From an uncultured Oscillospiraceae bacterium (lineage in GTDB: Bacteria; Bacillota; Clostridia; Oscillospirales; Acutalibacteraceae), in the NCBI GenBank assembly GCA_900544375.1, contig UQUZ01000001.1:52270-116269 (forward strand): 64,000 nucleotides of DNA, read 5' to 3'. Positions 22,294 to 31,871 of the stretch are shown here, piece by piece. Each line of letters opens with the position of its first letter. The stretch's first letter is position 1. The notes below the pieces were generated by a model. It was not told the DNA's origin, searched no databases, and was given only the letters and a program-made list of their open reading frames with translations. Position numbers and translations under genes: made by a program.

Positions 22294-22485
22294 GCGGAGC
22301 GCTTCCTTTCTTTATCAAAATTTCATGATTCGGCTGTTGTTTCTATTATAATACAAAATCCAGCCCTTTACAAAGGAAACCTTGCCAAGGGAAAAGAATG
22401 CGGGTATAATGGGCTGGGGCGGCGATACCCTTTGCTTCGATAGACAGCCGCTTTGATAGCCGGTATGGAAAAGAGGTTAATAAAA

Positions 22486-23229
22486 ATGCTGGAATTAAAA
22501 AATATTTCCTTTCAGGTGGATGCGGAGGGTGCGCAGCATGAGATTTTGGATCATGTCAACCTAACGCTGCCGGATGGGAAATTTGTGGTTATAACCGGGC
22601 CGAACGGAGGGGGGAAATCCACTCTTGCCCGGATCATTATGGGGATCGAAAAGCCGACGGCCGGCCAGATTCTTTTCAATGGGCAGGATATTACATTGCT
22701 CGGCATCACAGAGCGGGCGAAGCTCGGCATTGGCTATGCGTTTCAGCAGCCGCCGCGCTTTAAGGGGTTGACAGTCCGCCGGCTGCTGAGCTTGGCGCAC
22801 GGCAGCGAGCTGCCGGAGGATGCCTGCTGTGCGTATCTGACGAACGTTGGGCTCTGTTCAAAGGATTATCTCAACCGTGAAGTGGATGCATCCCTTTCTG
22901 GCGGGGAGGTAAAGCGCATTGAGATCGCCACGTTGATGGCGCGTGATTTAAAGCTGGCGATTTATGATGAGCCGGAGGCGGGGATTGACCTTTGGAGCTT
23001 TACGATGCTGGTGGATAGCTTCCGTGCTCTGAGCGCGAAGCGCCAGGAAAGCGTCCTTATCATTTCGCATCAGGAGCGAATTATGAAGCTGGCGGATGAA
23101 ATTGCTGTGATTGCGGATGGGAAAATTCGCAGCCATGGCAGCCGCGAGGAGATGCTGCCGAAGCTGCTTGGCGAATTTGACGAGGCCTGTGCGTTTCGGA
23201 AGGATACGGATGAAACACACGGCGGATGA
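22486..23229 (+). CDS. sufC: SufC-type Fe-S cluster assembly ABC ATPase
   Basis: Walker A GPNGGGKST, signature LSGGEVKR, Walker B LAIYDEPEAGID. A SufB/D-like gene follows. Start at the ATG with an AAGAGG RBS. Confidence 0.8.
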   Translation: MLELKNISFQVDAEGAQHEILDHVNLTLPDGKFVVITGPNGGGKSTLARIIMGIEKPTAGQILFNGQDITLLGITERAKLGIGYAFQQPPRFKGLTVRRLLSLAHGSELPEDACCAYLTNVGLCSKDYLNREVDASLSGGEVKRIEIATLMARDLKLAIYDEPEAGIDLWSFTMLVDSFRALSAKRQESVLIISHQERIMKLADEIAVIADGKIRSHGSREEMLPKLLGEFDEACAFRKDTDETHGG

Positions 23230-23259
23230 CGCTGCGTTTCTGGAAAGGATGGAACCGAT

Positions 23260-24177
23260 ATGAATCAAATTGATGAGCAATTGCTGGAGTCGATTGCCGA
23301 TCTGCATGGCACGCCGGCAGGGGCATATAATATTCGAAAAAATGGAGCGGGCGTTGCGCGCCAATCCAGTGCCAATATTGAAATTATCCCCAAGCAGGAT
23401 AAACCCGGTATTGACATTATTGTAAAGCCACATACCAAAAATGAGAGCGTACACATCCCCGTTATTGTTACAGATACGGGCATCAACGACATGGTTTACA
23501 ACCATTTTGAAATTGGGGAGGGGGCCGACATCCTGATCGTAGCGGGCTGCGGCATCCACAACGATGGTAGCGCGAAGAGCGAGCACGACGGTATTCACAC
23601 CTTCCACATCGGCAAAAACGCCCGCGTCCGCTATGTAGAAAAGCACTATGGGGAGGGCGATGGCAGCGGCGAGCGCGTATTGAACCCGACGACAGAGGTG
23701 GAGCTGGAGGAAGGCGCCTATTGCGAGATGGAGATGGTGCAGATCAAGGGCGTTGATTCTACCATTCGTGAAACGACCGCTCACCTCGCGGCGGGGGCAA
23801 AGCTCGTCCTGCTTGAAAAGCTGATGACGCACGGCAGGCAGTCCGCCCGCTCCAATATGGAGATTAATCTTGATGGGGATGGATCGAGTGCGCAAATTAT
23901 TTCCCGCTCCGTTGCAAAGGATGCCTCTGAGCAAGTGTTTTACCCGCGCGCCGTGGGCAATGCGGATTGCCGCGCACACGTCCAGTGCGATTCTATCATT
24001 ATGGATCAGGCCAAAATTCGCTCAATCCCGGAGATTGCCGCCAACCACGCCGATGCGCAGGTGATCCACGAGGCGGCGATTGGCCGCATTAATAACGATC
24101 AGCTGCTCAAGCTGCAAACCTTTGGCATGACGCAGGAGGAAGCGGAGGCGGTAATCATCCAGGGCTTCCTGAAATAA
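23260..24177 (+). CDS. SufB/SufD-family Fe-S assembly protein
   Basis: Beta-helix-like repeats and the characteristic C-terminus ...HEAAIGRINNDQLLKLQTFGMTQEEAEAVIIQGFL. Confidence 0.8.
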   Translation: MNQIDEQLLESIADLHGTPAGAYNIRKNGAGVARQSSANIEIIPKQDKPGIDIIVKPHTKNESVHIPVIVTDTGINDMVYNHFEIGEGADILIVAGCGIHNDGSAKSEHDGIHTFHIGKNARVRYVEKHYGEGDGSGERVLNPTTEVELEEGAYCEMEMVQIKGVDSTIRETTAHLAAGAKLVLLEKLMTHGRQSARSNMEINLDGDGSSAQIISRSVAKDASEQVFYPRAVGNADCRAHVQCDSIIMDQAKIRSIPEIAANHADAQVIHEAAIGRINNDQLLKLQTFGMTQEEAEAVIIQGFLK

Positions 24178-24325
24178 TTGGCTTGGATGACGAATAAAGA
24201 GGGATTCAGCTATTAAGATTTTATGAATTTCTTCCGTTTCTGTTGAACTCGATTTAAAAACCGTTTATAATGAATTACATCTATTGTGCCGTCAAAAACG
24301 GCCTATCTATGAAGGAGCTGAAGGA

Positions 24326-26113
24326 ATGGATCCCATTAAAGTGGATTTCACAAAAAAGAAGGACGATGGTATTATCATCAAGCCTGCCAAGGCAGGGTTG
24401 AAGATTTTCCTCAATATCCTGATCACACTCGTAGGCGCAGGCATCGCCTATTACATCATGCTGCCGCCCATGAACTTCAAGTCAACCGATATGTATATTT
24501 TCTTTGTCATCGTCGCGTTGATTTACGTTGCAGCGGCCGCGATCACCTCGGGCGCGCTGCGTAAGGGCGAATACATCCCATATGTCAAAAAGCAGTCGAT
24601 TGTGCCGGTGATTGTTGTCGGCGCGCTGGCAGTGGTGTTCGTCGTTGGCCTGCTGGTTTCGTCGGTTATCTTCCGCGCGAACTCCTATAAGGATATTATT
24701 CAGGTGCAAGAGGGCGACTTTGCCAAGGAAGTGGATACGATCGATTTTGCCAGCGTGCCTCGGATTGACCGCGACGCATCTCTCAATATCGCAAACCGCA
24801 GCCTTGGTGCTTTGAGCGATCTTGTCTCTCAGTTCAAGGTCAATATGGTGCCGAATGTGGGGAAAGATGCGCAGATTAACTATAAGAATACGCCGGTGCG
24901 CGTTGTTCCGCTGGAATATGCCAACCTAATTAAGTGGTTCACTAACCGTTCGAATGGTCTGCCGGGATATATCGTCGTTGATCTGGTCACGCAGTCCGCT
25001 GAAGTCAAACGCGTAGAGGGCGGCATCAAGTATACAACCGCGGAACATTTTAACCGCTATTTAATGCGTCACCTGCGCTTCCAGTATCCAACCTTTATGT
25101 TTGCAGAGCCGAATTTTGAAATCAATGAGGCGGGCGAGCCCTACTGGATTTGCCCGGTTGAGGATAAAACCATTGGCCTATTCGGCGGCACGGATATTAA
25201 GGGCGCGGTGCTCGTCAATGCAACAACGGGCGAGAGTAGCTACCACACCATGGACGAATTGAAAAATGATGCATCCCTACAGTGGATCGACCGCGTTTAC
25301 TCCGATGCGCTGCTGGTTGAACAGTTTGATTACTATGCGCAGTATCAGAAGGGTTTCTTTAACTCTGTGCTTGGCCAGGAGGGTGTCCGTAAGACGACGG
25401 ATGGCACGAACTTCCTCGCAATGCATGACGACGTTTATATGTATACGGGTGTTACCTCTGTTACTGCCGACCAGTCGATCGTCGGATTTACGTTGATTAA
25501 CCAACGCACAAAGGAAGCGAAATTTTATCCGGTTGAGGGCGGTGCAACAGAAGCCTCTGCACAGGTTTCCGCACAGGATATGGTGCAGGATCTTGGTTAT
25601 AAAGCGACATGGCCCCTGCTCTTGAACATCAGCGGTCAGCCAACCTATTTTATGTCTCTCAAGGGTGACTCATCGCTGGTCAAGATGTATGCAATGGTTG
25701 ATGTATATGATTATAGCAATGCCGCCAAAGGAAACACTGTTAAGGAGTGTATGGATAATTATGCGGACCTGATTGAGCAGCGCAAGGGCATTGATCTTGA
25801 TGTTGACATGAGCGGCATCAATGCGGGTGAGAATGGCGATACCCCCCAGCAGCAAGAGAAGCCGAAAACACAGACCGTTACTGGTGTGGTATCGGATATC
25901 CGCACCGCAGTGAAGGGTGGAGACAGCTTCTACTATGTGAAGCTTGACAAGGGCGCTTCGTATTATGCGGTGAAAGCCTCCGATGCGGAAGCGGTTGTCA
26001 TTCTGAACAAGGGAGATACCGTTACCGTGACGATCCCGACAGATGCGAAGGGCGATATCATTGACGCATCCGAAATTGTAAAGGGCGCGCCGAAGAGCGG
26101 CGAAGCGGCATAA
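24326..26113 (+). CDS. Large membrane protein of unknown function (N-terminal TM helices, large extracytoplasmic domain)
   Basis: 595 aa from the ATG with a GAAGGAG RBS. Three hydrophobic helices lie in the first ~120 aa. No family recognised. Confidence 0.7.
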   Translation: MDPIKVDFTKKKDDGIIIKPAKAGLKIFLNILITLVGAGIAYYIMLPPMNFKSTDMYIFFVIVALIYVAAAAITSGALRKGEYIPYVKKQSIVPVIVVGALAVVFVVGLLVSSVIFRANSYKDIIQVQEGDFAKEVDTIDFASVPRIDRDASLNIANRSLGALSDLVSQFKVNMVPNVGKDAQINYKNTPVRVVPLEYANLIKWFTNRSNGLPGYIVVDLVTQSAEVKRVEGGIKYTTAEHFNRYLMRHLRFQYPTFMFAEPNFEINEAGEPYWICPVEDKTIGLFGGTDIKGAVLVNATTGESSYHTMDELKNDASLQWIDRVYSDALLVEQFDYYAQYQKGFFNSVLGQEGVRKTTDGTNFLAMHDDVYMYTGVTSVTADQSIVGFTLINQRTKEAKFYPVEGGATEASAQVSAQDMVQDLGYKATWPLLLNISGQPTYFMSLKGDSSLVKMYAMVDVYDYSNAAKGNTVKECMDNYADLIEQRKGIDLDVDMSGINAGENGDTPQQQEKPKTQTVTGVVSDIRTAVKGGDSFYYVKLDKGASYYAVKASDAEAVVILNKGDTVTVTIPTDAKGDIIDASEIVKGAPKSGEAA

Positions 26114-26261
26114 CGGAATACGAAAATTTTAAGCAGGGGGCTGTTGCAGAACGTTTTGCAACAGCCCTCTTCGTTGCTGAAAAGCAGCGGGTTGCCTTAC
26201 CATCGGGGGATATCTGCCCCGTGCCGGGCCCTAAAAATTGTTTGACCGTGGGGCAACAGAT

Positions 26262-26310
26262 AGCGGCCGGCCAGATCATTGATGATCTGGCCGGCCGCTG
26301 TTTTACTTTT
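26262..26310 (+). terminator. Very strong hairpin (17-bp perfect palindrome) followed by a T-rich tract
   Basis: agcggccggccagatca-ttga-tgatctggccggccgct, then gttttactttt. It sits about 150 nt after the 24326..26113 gene, which already has its own 10-bp hairpin at about 26137-26166. Confidence 0.6.
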
Positions 26311-26399
26311 CACGAGGAGTAGAAATTGCTTCTGTGCTCAAATGTGCTCCATCATCGAACATCTAAGGCAATCACTTGGCGCATTTGCGGATTGTTTTC

Positions 26400-26666
26400 C
26401 TATTTTACCTCTTCCTCATCCAATGCAGCAACCTGATTGCTACATCTTTCACAGATGGAAAGGCCATGCATGCTCACCAGAGAATCCTTTTCTCCACAAA
26501 AAAAGCAGGCAGAATCCAGCTTTTTGAGCACTACCGTGCCATCATCCTGCGGGGAAAACTCTAAACGGACATTTTGAGCGATATCAAAGGCCTTGCGCAT
26601 GGAAAGGGGAAGAAAAATCCCCCCTCGTTTATCCACTTTACATATGGTGCTTTTGGAGCTTTCCAT
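26400..26666 (-). CDS. AbrB/SpoVT-type swapped-hairpin DNA-binding protein with a C-terminal Cys4 (CxxC...CxxC) tail
   Basis: KVDKRGGIFLPLSMRKAF... is AbrB-like, followed by ACFFCG...SICERC. Strong RBS AGGAGGG. Confidence 0.8.
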   Translation of the reverse strand: MESSKSTICKVDKRGGIFLPLSMRKAFDIAQNVRLEFSPQDDGTVVLKKLDSACFFCGEKDSLVSMHGLSICERCSNQVAALDEEEVK

Positions 26667-26720
26667 AAGTGCTCCCTCCTTTATTGATGGCGCCGGCCCC
26701 GGCGCCCCTTAACCCTAGCT

Positions 26721-26972
26721 TTATTCCGCATGTTTTTGCCGAAGCTCTGCGCGGCATGCAGCACAAACCGGAACGGAGTGAAATGTTTTCAGCCCCTCAC
26801 CGCTGCCGCAAAAGAAGCAGGCCGGGATATATCGCTGCACAATAATACGGTTTTCCTCTGCATGCATTTCCAAAGGATCCTGTTTTGCAAAACCGAGACG
26901 CTCCCGCAAGGATAACGGCAGAGATACGCGGCCAACCCGGTCAACCTTCCTAACAATATTAGTAGTAACCAT
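26721..26972 (-). CDS. Second AbrB/SpoVT-type protein with a Cys4 tail, paralog of the previous gene
   Basis: VRKVDRVGRVSLPLSLRERLGF..., followed by ACFFCG...PVCAACR. Start set at the ATG (MVTTN) 6 nt after AGGGGG. Confidence 0.8.
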   Translation of the reverse strand: MVTTNIVRKVDRVGRVSLPLSLRERLGFAKQDPLEMHAEENRIIVQRYIPACFFCGSGEGLKTFHSVPVCAACRAELRQKHAE

Positions 26973-27243
26973 GTTTTTCCCCCTTTTCAAATGTTCTCCA
27001 AAATGAGAAAAGGAAATTTTCTCCTTTGTGCTCTAAATTACCGTAAAAGTATAGCATTTTCGGGCAAATTTGAGATAGGAATGTGAATAATCTTCAACAT
27101 CAAGAAGGAAATAAAAAAATCAGGCTATATCAAAAGCACCGATATAGCCTGAAAAAGGGTATTTTGGGTATATTATCAATCGTTCCTTCCCTACGATGGA
27201 AGAATTGCGATTTTAATAGGAGGAAAAGCGTGATGACAATTTG

Positions 27244-27750
27244 TTATTTTTTAACAAGCACGCGTTCAATTGCTCCAACATACATACGGTGATAATCCTT
27301 GGCGGGATAACAAGATGGGTCGATCGATGGATCAAGAAACCCAGCTGGGTCGAGATCTTGATACGCGACTTTCCGGCAGATAAATACCAGCTTTGCCTCT
27401 TCTATCGCGACAGCCGAGCCGAGAAAAAGGGGGGTTAGCCCAGCTTCCTTCGCCTTATCGATATCGCGGCCGGATTTGGAGCCGCATAAGGATAGCGCTT
27501 TTTTATACTCTTTCTCGAAAAAGCTCATGGTAAAATAATCTTCCCGCTCAATAAACTCATAGGTATAGCGCTGGGGGCGGATAAAAATCATTGCAACGTC
27601 CTTCCCCCAAAGCTCGCCGATTCCGCCCCAGCTGACTGTCATGGTATTCCACTTTTTTTGATCGCCTGCGGTGATAAGCGCCCATTCATCACGGATAAGC
27701 CGGATGGCATTTTCTTTTATCTCACGGATATCGATTTCCTGAAATTGCAT
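27244..27750 (-). CDS. Flavin reductase-like (FMN-binding split-barrel) family protein
   Basis: ...WNTMTVSWGGIGELWGKDVAMIFIRPQRYTYEFI... is typical of the flavin reductase-like domain family. The ATG is two codons inside the TTG-initiated ORF. Confidence 0.7.
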   Translation of the reverse strand: MQFQEIDIREIKENAIRLIRDEWALITAGDQKKWNTMTVSWGGIGELWGKDVAMIFIRPQRYTYEFIEREDYFTMSFFEKEYKKALSLCGSKSGRDIDKAKEAGLTPLFLGSAVAIEEAKLVFICRKVAYQDLDPAGFLDPSIDPSCYPAKDYHRMYVGAIERVLVKK

Positions 27751-27958
27751 CTGCAATCAACCCTCTTTCTTTTTCAATGAAATGATATTTTTCCATCCTA
27801 TTATACGCGCTTTTTAATGAAATGATAAGTGCTAATCGGTTGAATTTTCCACTTCGTATCGGTATAATGAGAAAGAGAAAATCGTGGAGGAGGATTTTTT
27901 ACCAAAATATATTTATAGGTTGAGATAGAGTTGGTAAAATGTACGAACCTCTAGAATA

Positions 27959-28025
27959 AGCGAATATTTATGCAAAAAATTCTTGAAAAAATGAATATTA
28001 GGTGTATAATCTTGAATAAAGAAAT
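27959..28025 (+). promoter_or_regulatory. arg operon promoter with ARG-box-like half sites
   Basis: TTGAAA (27983-27988), a 16-nt spacer, then TATAAT (28005-28010). (C/T)GAATA half sites lie at 27961, 27992 and 28013. The first sits in cGAATAtttATgCAa, which resembles the ArgR/AhrC box TGAATAAAAATTCA. Confidence 0.45.
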
Positions 28026-28044
28026 CCGTTAGGAGGCAATTAAA

Positions 28045-29271
28045 ATGGGTGATATTAAGAAAGTGGTGCTCGCATATTCCGGCGGTTTGGATACGTCGAT
28101 CATCATTCCTTGGCTGAAGGAAAACTATGATAACTGCGAGGTGATCGCCGTATCTGGAGACGTGGGGCAGGGAACCGAGCTTGACGGCCTGGAGGAAAAA
28201 GCGAAAAAAACCGGCGCTTCCAAGCTCTATATCGCAGATTTAAAAAAAGAGTTTGTCGAGGATTATATCTTCCCGACGCTTAAGGCGGGCGCTGTTTATG
28301 AAAAGGATTATCTGCTGGGCACCTCTTTCGCCCGTCCTTTAATCGCCAAACGGCTGGTTGAGATCGCTTTGGCAGAGGGTGCGGATGCGATTTGCCACGG
28401 CTGCACGGGCAAGGGCAACGACCAAGTTCGATTTGAGCTGGCGATCAAAAAGTTTGCGCCGGGCATGAAGATCATTGCTCCCTGGCGGATTTGGGATCTC
28501 AAATCCCGCGAAGAGGAGATCGAGTATGCAGAAGCGCACAATATCCCGTTGAAAATTAACCGTGAAACCAATTATTCTAAGGATAAAAACCTCTGGCATC
28601 TCTCTCATGAGGGATTGGATTTGGAGGATCCGGCCAACGAGCCGCAGTATAACAAGCCAGGTTTCCTGGAGATGTGCGTCTCCCCGGAGCAGGCGCCCGA
28701 TGAGCCCACCTATGTGACGATTCACTTTGAAAAGGGCGTGCCTACAATGCTCAACGGCAAAACGCTCGACGGCGTGAGCATGATTGAAACGCTCAATCAG
28801 ATTGGCGGCGCAAACGGCATCGGCCTTGCGGATATCGTGGAAAACAGGCTCGTGGGTATGAAATCCCGCGGCGTGTATGAAAATCCGGGCGGAGCAATCC
28901 TGTACCGTGCGCACGAGGTGCTCGAGACGATTACGCTTGACCGTGATACGCAGCACTACAAAGAGCTGATCGCGCAGAAATATGCAGAGCTTGTCTATTT
29001 TGGCCAGTGGTTCACCCCTCTGCGCGAGGCGCTGGACGCGTTTGTAGATAGCACGCAGCAAACGGTCACGGGTGACGTAAAGCTCAAGCTCTACAAGGGC
29101 AATATGATCAATGCGGGCGTCACCTCCCCGTATTCCCTCTACAGTGAGGCGTTCGCAACCTTTGATGAGGATGACGTATATAATCAGAAGGATTCTGAGG
29201 GCTTTATCAACCTCTTCGGCCTTCCGATTAAAGTGAAGGCAATTCTCGACGCGGAGCGCGAGGGTAAATAA
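28045..29271 (+). CDS. argG: Argininosuccinate synthase
   Basis: [12 protein letters not shown]-binding motif; 408 aa; high overall family resemblance. Confidence 0.96.
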   Translation: MGDIKKVVLAYSGGLDTSIIIPWLKENYDNCEVIAVSGDVGQGTELDGLEEKAKKTGASKLYIADLKKEFVEDYIFPTLKAGAVYEKDYLLGTSFARPLIAKRLVEIALAEGADAICHGCTGKGNDQVRFELAIKKFAPGMKIIAPWRIWDLKSREEEIEYAEAHNIPLKINRETNYSKDKNLWHLSHEGLDLEDPANEPQYNKPGFLEMCVSPEQAPDEPTYVTIHFEKGVPTMLNGKTLDGVSMIETLNQIGGANGIGLADIVENRLVGMKSRGVYENPGGAILYRAHEVLETITLDRDTQHYKELIAQKYAELVYFGQWFTPLREALDAFVDSTQQTVTGDVKLKLYKGNMINAGVTSPYSLYSEAFATFDEDDVYNQKDSEGFINLFGLPIKVKAILDAEREGK

Positions 29272-29303
29272 GGGATTCCATGCAATCAATGATGTGATGA
29301 GAG

Positions 29304-29352
29304 CATAGGGGCGGGCACTTGCAGAAGCTTTTTTCTGCGGCACGCCCTTATG
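29304..29352. repeat. Imperfect ~20-bp hairpin between argG and argH whose arms begin with the same ATAGGGGCG head as the REP-like elements at 55.6 kb
   Basis: cataggggcgggcacttgcagaa-gctttt-ttctgcggcacgcccttatg. No T-run follows, so it is not a classical terminator. Confidence 0.5.
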
Positions 29353-29394
29353 GCGATTCTGCCAGCAGCGGGATCGGGAAAGGATGGCGCAGCA

Positions 29395-30774
29395 ATGAAA
29401 CTGTGGACGGGCCGCTTTTCCAAGGAGGCCGATCAAAAAACAAATGATTTCAATTCTTCCATCTCCTTTGACAGCCGGATGTATCAGCAAGATCTGCAAG
29501 GGAGTATGGCGCATGCCACCATGCTTTGTGCCTGCGGGATCATCAGCGAGAAGGATCGGGATGAAATCCTTGGCGGGTTGCAGGGGATCCTTGCGGATAT
29601 TCAAAGCGGGAAACTGGCGATTGATCCCGATGCGGAAGATATCCACACCTTTGTGGAGGCGGAGCTTACCGCCCGCATCGGCGAGGCGGGCAAGCGCCTT
29701 CATACCGCACGCAGCAGAAACGACCAGGTCGCGCTCGATCTCAGGCTTTATCTGCGCGATGCGTGTGATGCACTTTCAGCGCAGGTGAAGGAGCTGGTTT
29801 TGGTGCTCTGCCAAAAAGCGCAGGAGCATGCCGGCACGGTTATGCCGGGCTATACGCATCTACAGCGTGCTCAGCCGATCACCTTCGGCCACCATTTAAT
29901 GGCCTATGCAGAGATGTTCCAGCGTGATCTTGGCCGGATTGCGGATGCGAAAACGCGCATGGATGTCTGTCCGCTTGGCTCCGGCGCATTGGCTGGCACC
30001 ACCTACCCGATCGACCGGGCCCAGTCTGCTTCTCTGCTTGGATTTTCTGCCGTTTCGCAAAATTCATTGGACGGCGTATCCGATCGGGATTACTGCATTG
30101 AGCTCGCTTCGGCGCTGGCCATTCTCATGATGCACCTCTCCCGCTTTTCCGAGGAAATTGTGATGTGGTGCTCCTGGGAGTTCAAGTTTATTGAGCTGGA
30201 CGACGCTTTTTCTACCGGCTCCAGTATCATGCCGCAGAAAAAAAACCCGGATATTGCCGAGCTTGTGCGCGGCAAAGCTGGCCGCGTGTTTGGCGATGTG
30301 ATGACGCTGCTGGCGGTGATGAAAAGCCTGCCGCTGGCCTATAATAAGGATATGCAGGAGGATAAGGACGCGATCTTCGATGCGTTCGATACCGTGAAGC
30401 TTTGCCTGACAGCCTTCATCCCGATGGTTGACACGATGACGGTGCTGCCGCAAAATATGCGCAAGGCCGCTGCCGGCGGTTTTATCAACGCAACAGATTG
30501 TGCGGATTTCCTGGTGGGAAAGGGCCTGCCCTTCCGAGATGCCTACAAGGCAACAGGAGAGCTGGTGGCCCGCTGTATCCGCGAGGGCTTAACGTTGGAA
30601 ACGCTGCCGCTGGAAGCCTATAGAGAAGTGTGCGAGCTCTTCGACGAAGGCGTGTATGAGGCGATCTCCCTGGAAAAATGCGTGTCCGACCGCACGCCGC
30701 TGGGCGGCCCTGCGCCGGAAAATGTACGCGCGCAGGCAGAGCGCGTGCGGGCTTTGATGCAGAAAGGCGAATAA
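29395..30774 (+). CDS. argH: Argininosuccinate lyase
   Basis: MKLWTGRFSKE start and the fumarate-lyase signature GSSIMPQKKNPD. Confidence 0.96.
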   Translation: MKLWTGRFSKEADQKTNDFNSSISFDSRMYQQDLQGSMAHATMLCACGIISEKDRDEILGGLQGILADIQSGKLAIDPDAEDIHTFVEAELTARIGEAGKRLHTARSRNDQVALDLRLYLRDACDALSAQVKELVLVLCQKAQEHAGTVMPGYTHLQRAQPITFGHHLMAYAEMFQRDLGRIADAKTRMDVCPLGSGALAGTTYPIDRAQSASLLGFSAVSQNSLDGVSDRDYCIELASALAILMMHLSRFSEEIVMWCSWEFKFIELDDAFSTGSSIMPQKKNPDIAELVRGKAGRVFGDVMTLLAVMKSLPLAYNKDMQEDKDAIFDAFDTVKLCLTAFIPMVDTMTVLPQNMRKAAAGGFINATDCADFLVGKGLPFRDAYKATGELVARCIREGLTLETLPLEAYREVCELFDEGVYEAISLEKCVSDRTPLGGPAPENVRAQAERVRALMQKGE

Positions 30775-30788
30775 AAAGGAGACTATTT

Positions 30789-31823
30789 ATGATAAAAATA
30801 GGTATCATCGGCGCCACCGGCTATGCGGGCGTTGAGCTGATCCGGATTTTGTTAAATCATCCGCAGGCGGAACTTGCGGCCGTCAGCTCGGTTAGCTTTG
30901 AGGGAAAGGCGGTTAGCGAGGTGTACCCCTCCCTTTACGGGCTGTGCGATCTGCCTTGCTGCTCCGCGCAGGAGGCGATCGAGAAGAGCGACGTTATCTT
31001 CGCCTGTGTGCAGCATGGAATTTCACAGGAATTCGCGGCGCAGTGCGCGGAGAAGGATGTGGCCTTTATTGATCTCGGCGCGGATTTCCGTCTGAAGGAA
31101 GAATCGGATTATGCGCAGTGGTACGGCGGGGCCTATACGCATCAGGAGCTGCATAGCCAGGCAGTTTATGCGCTGCCGGAGCTGTTTCGGGCGGAGATAC
31201 AAAAGGCCCGAATCCTTGCAAACCCTGGCTGTTACCCCACCAGCGTGGCACTGGGGCTTGCGCCCGCTCTGCGGGAAGGGCTCATCGAGCCGCAGGGGAT
31301 TGTGATCGATTCGAAATCCGGCGTGACAGGCTCCGGCCGTTCCCCCAGTGAGACGGCGCATTTTCCTAATTGTAATGAGGCGTTCTCCCCTTATAAGATT
31401 GCGGCGCACCGCCACACGCCGGAGATCGAGCAGACGCTCTCCAGCGTGGCCGGTGAAAAGCTCCAGGTTGTGTTTGTGCCGCACCTGCTGCCGCTCAACC
31501 GGGGGATTATCTCTACGATGTATGCCCGCCTGAAGGAGGGCGTAACACAAGCGAAGCTGCGCGAGGCCTACCAAAATGCTTATCATGCTGAGCGGTTCGT
31601 CCGTGTGCTGGATGCGGGGAAAACCGCAAACCTGCGCAATGTGCGGTGCAGCAATTTTTGCGATATTTCTCTGCACCTTGATCCCAGGACGGGGACGCTG
31701 ATCGTCGTTTCCGCGCTTGATAATATGGTCAAGGGCGCGGCTGGTCAGGCGGTGCAGAATATGAACCTGCTGTTTGGCCTGCCGGAGGATACGGGGCTTC
31801 ATATGATTCCCACCTGTTTTTAA
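30789..31823 (+). CDS. argC: N-acetyl-gamma-glutamyl-phosphate reductase
   Basis: MIKIGIIGATGYAGVEL and active-site PGCYPT. Start at the internal ATG of the 30678 ORF. Confidence 0.95.
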   Translation: MIKIGIIGATGYAGVELIRILLNHPQAELAAVSSVSFEGKAVSEVYPSLYGLCDLPCCSAQEAIEKSDVIFACVQHGISQEFAAQCAEKDVAFIDLGADFRLKEESDYAQWYGGAYTHQELHSQAVYALPELFRAEIQKARILANPGCYPTSVALGLAPALREGLIEPQGIVIDSKSGVTGSGRSPSETAHFPNCNEAFSPYKIAAHRHTPEIEQTLSSVAGEKLQVVFVPHLLPLNRGIISTMYARLKEGVTQAKLREAYQNAYHAERFVRVLDAGKTANLRNVRCSNFCDISLHLDPRTGTLIVVSALDNMVKGAAGQAVQNMNLLFGLPEDTGLHMIPTCF

Positions 31824-31871
31824 AATACGGCAGGCCGGAAGGCTGCCGTTCAGGAAAGGATGGAACCTGCC

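Noticed and set aside
28339-29703. 454-aa ORF antisense to argG and the start of argH
   Set aside because: It is a shadow ORF opposite two strongly supported genes, with a low-complexity Arg/Leu-rich translation.
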